Origin: Octopus vulgaris
Lineage: Eukaryota
Assembly: GCA_951406725.2 (NCBI GenBank)
Contig: OX597831.1
Coordinates: forward strand, 6,696,001 to 6,760,000
Length of the DNA stretch: 64,000 nucleotides
Direction: 5' to 3'
Shown: positions 63,001-64,000 of the stretch, in pieces
Position numbering within the stretch: position 1 is the stretch's first letter
Layout of the letters: the number at the start of each line of letters is the position of its first letter
Notes under the pieces: model-generated
Told to the model about the DNA's origin: nothing
The model's database searches: none
Seen by the model: the letters and a program-made list of their open reading frames with translations, nothing else
Made by a program: the position numbers and the translations under genes

Positions 63001-64000
63001 CTTAAAAGGGGGTCAAGACTGCTACTCCTTTAACTTGGTGATAAAAAGTAAATTAGTTGATCTACATTTGAATTATCACCATGAAATATGGTTTTGAATT
63101 ATTTAGATTTTAGAAGAAAGTTTGATATAATTTTGATGCTACAGATTGAAGATCCAATTCTGTGTAAGTGCGAGTCATGAGAAAAATCAACGGGGCACTT
63201 TAAGAAGTGGAGTCTTCAATTGTTTATTAAATGGTCGCGTCCCAATAGGTCACAGCTGACCAGCTGCGACAAGAGGAGTAAAGGTTATAAATTAAAAAAA
63301 AAAAAATTCAAGAATAAGAGACATTAAGAAAATTAGTAAGAAATACACACACCACACAATCTATGGTAAGAAAAATCTCATTTAGTTACAAATTCTGAAA
63401 AAAGAAAAAAAACTTCTAACACATTTTAAAGAATCATTTTGGAAGTTATGTGTGTAAAAGAAAACATCTCATTTTATCAATGAGAACTTTTGCTATAGTC
63501 TTTAATTTTGCATGAATGTAGTGAGCACCTCAACGGCTACATAATATCAAACTGTACCCACTACAAGTATTATGTGTTATGTTCCTGGGCAAGGCACTTA
63601 TCACCAGTTTCCTTGAGGTCAAGCTACTGCCAGGCATGGGACTCCGTTCTTCTCAGGATCATACTGGCAAGACAAAAGGAGGGAATTCTGATGTCTGGCA
63701 AGCCAGGGTCTTAGATACCATTCTGCCCAAGTGTGTTTTGGAGGCACACACTGCCGTTTAGGGAAACAGAACGAAAGTTAAGAGATGTACAAAGTTAGGT
63801 ACTGACGTGGAATTATATGAAAAATAAGAAATATAAAGACATTATTCTTAGCAACTGATTAAATGTATCGGAAAGAATAAATGTAAATCACCAACAATCG
63901 TCCGTACGAAGTGGGATAAAAATTTGTTTTAGTAACGAGTTTGGCGAAATTTGTATTACAGGGGAGATAACTTCGCTAATCCAGAAATACTCAGGGACGC

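Overview
Eukaryotic, AT-rich, repeat-dense genomic DNA; the SINE/RTE repeat complement points to an octopus (inference). Three protein-coding genes can be read directly. (1) Cyclin H (CCNH) on the minus strand: 9 coding exons from 17508 to 4638, 302 aa, all GT-AG introns with consistent phases. (2) RAMAC/FAM103A1 (RAM, the RNMT cap-methyltransferase activator) on the plus strand, head-to-head with CCNH: CDS 23868-24055 + 27958-28330, 186 aa, with an enlarged Gly/Tyr/Arg/His-rich tail. (3) A solitary canonical, replication-dependent histone H3 (59607-60017) with CCAAT/TATA promoter and 3' stem-loop. The rest is transposon debris: tRNA-derived SINEs, RTE, CR1-like and R4/Dong-like LINE fragments, a Penelope RT fragment, Tc1/mariner and Tigger remnants, non-autonomous Helitrons, Merlin-like and piggyBac-like MITEs, and microsatellites. 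The most notable observations are: several minimal type-I hammerhead-ribozyme-like motifs with a non-canonical CCGANGA core, one inside a 200-bp palindrome; a compact ETS-CRE-ETS bidirectional promoter linking two genes of co-transcriptional capping; an in-frame UAG inside a CCNH exon that stays open to a splice donor; and the FUS-like RAM tail. No CRISPR, rRNA or intact tRNA gene was found. All calls are by eye and no database searches were run.
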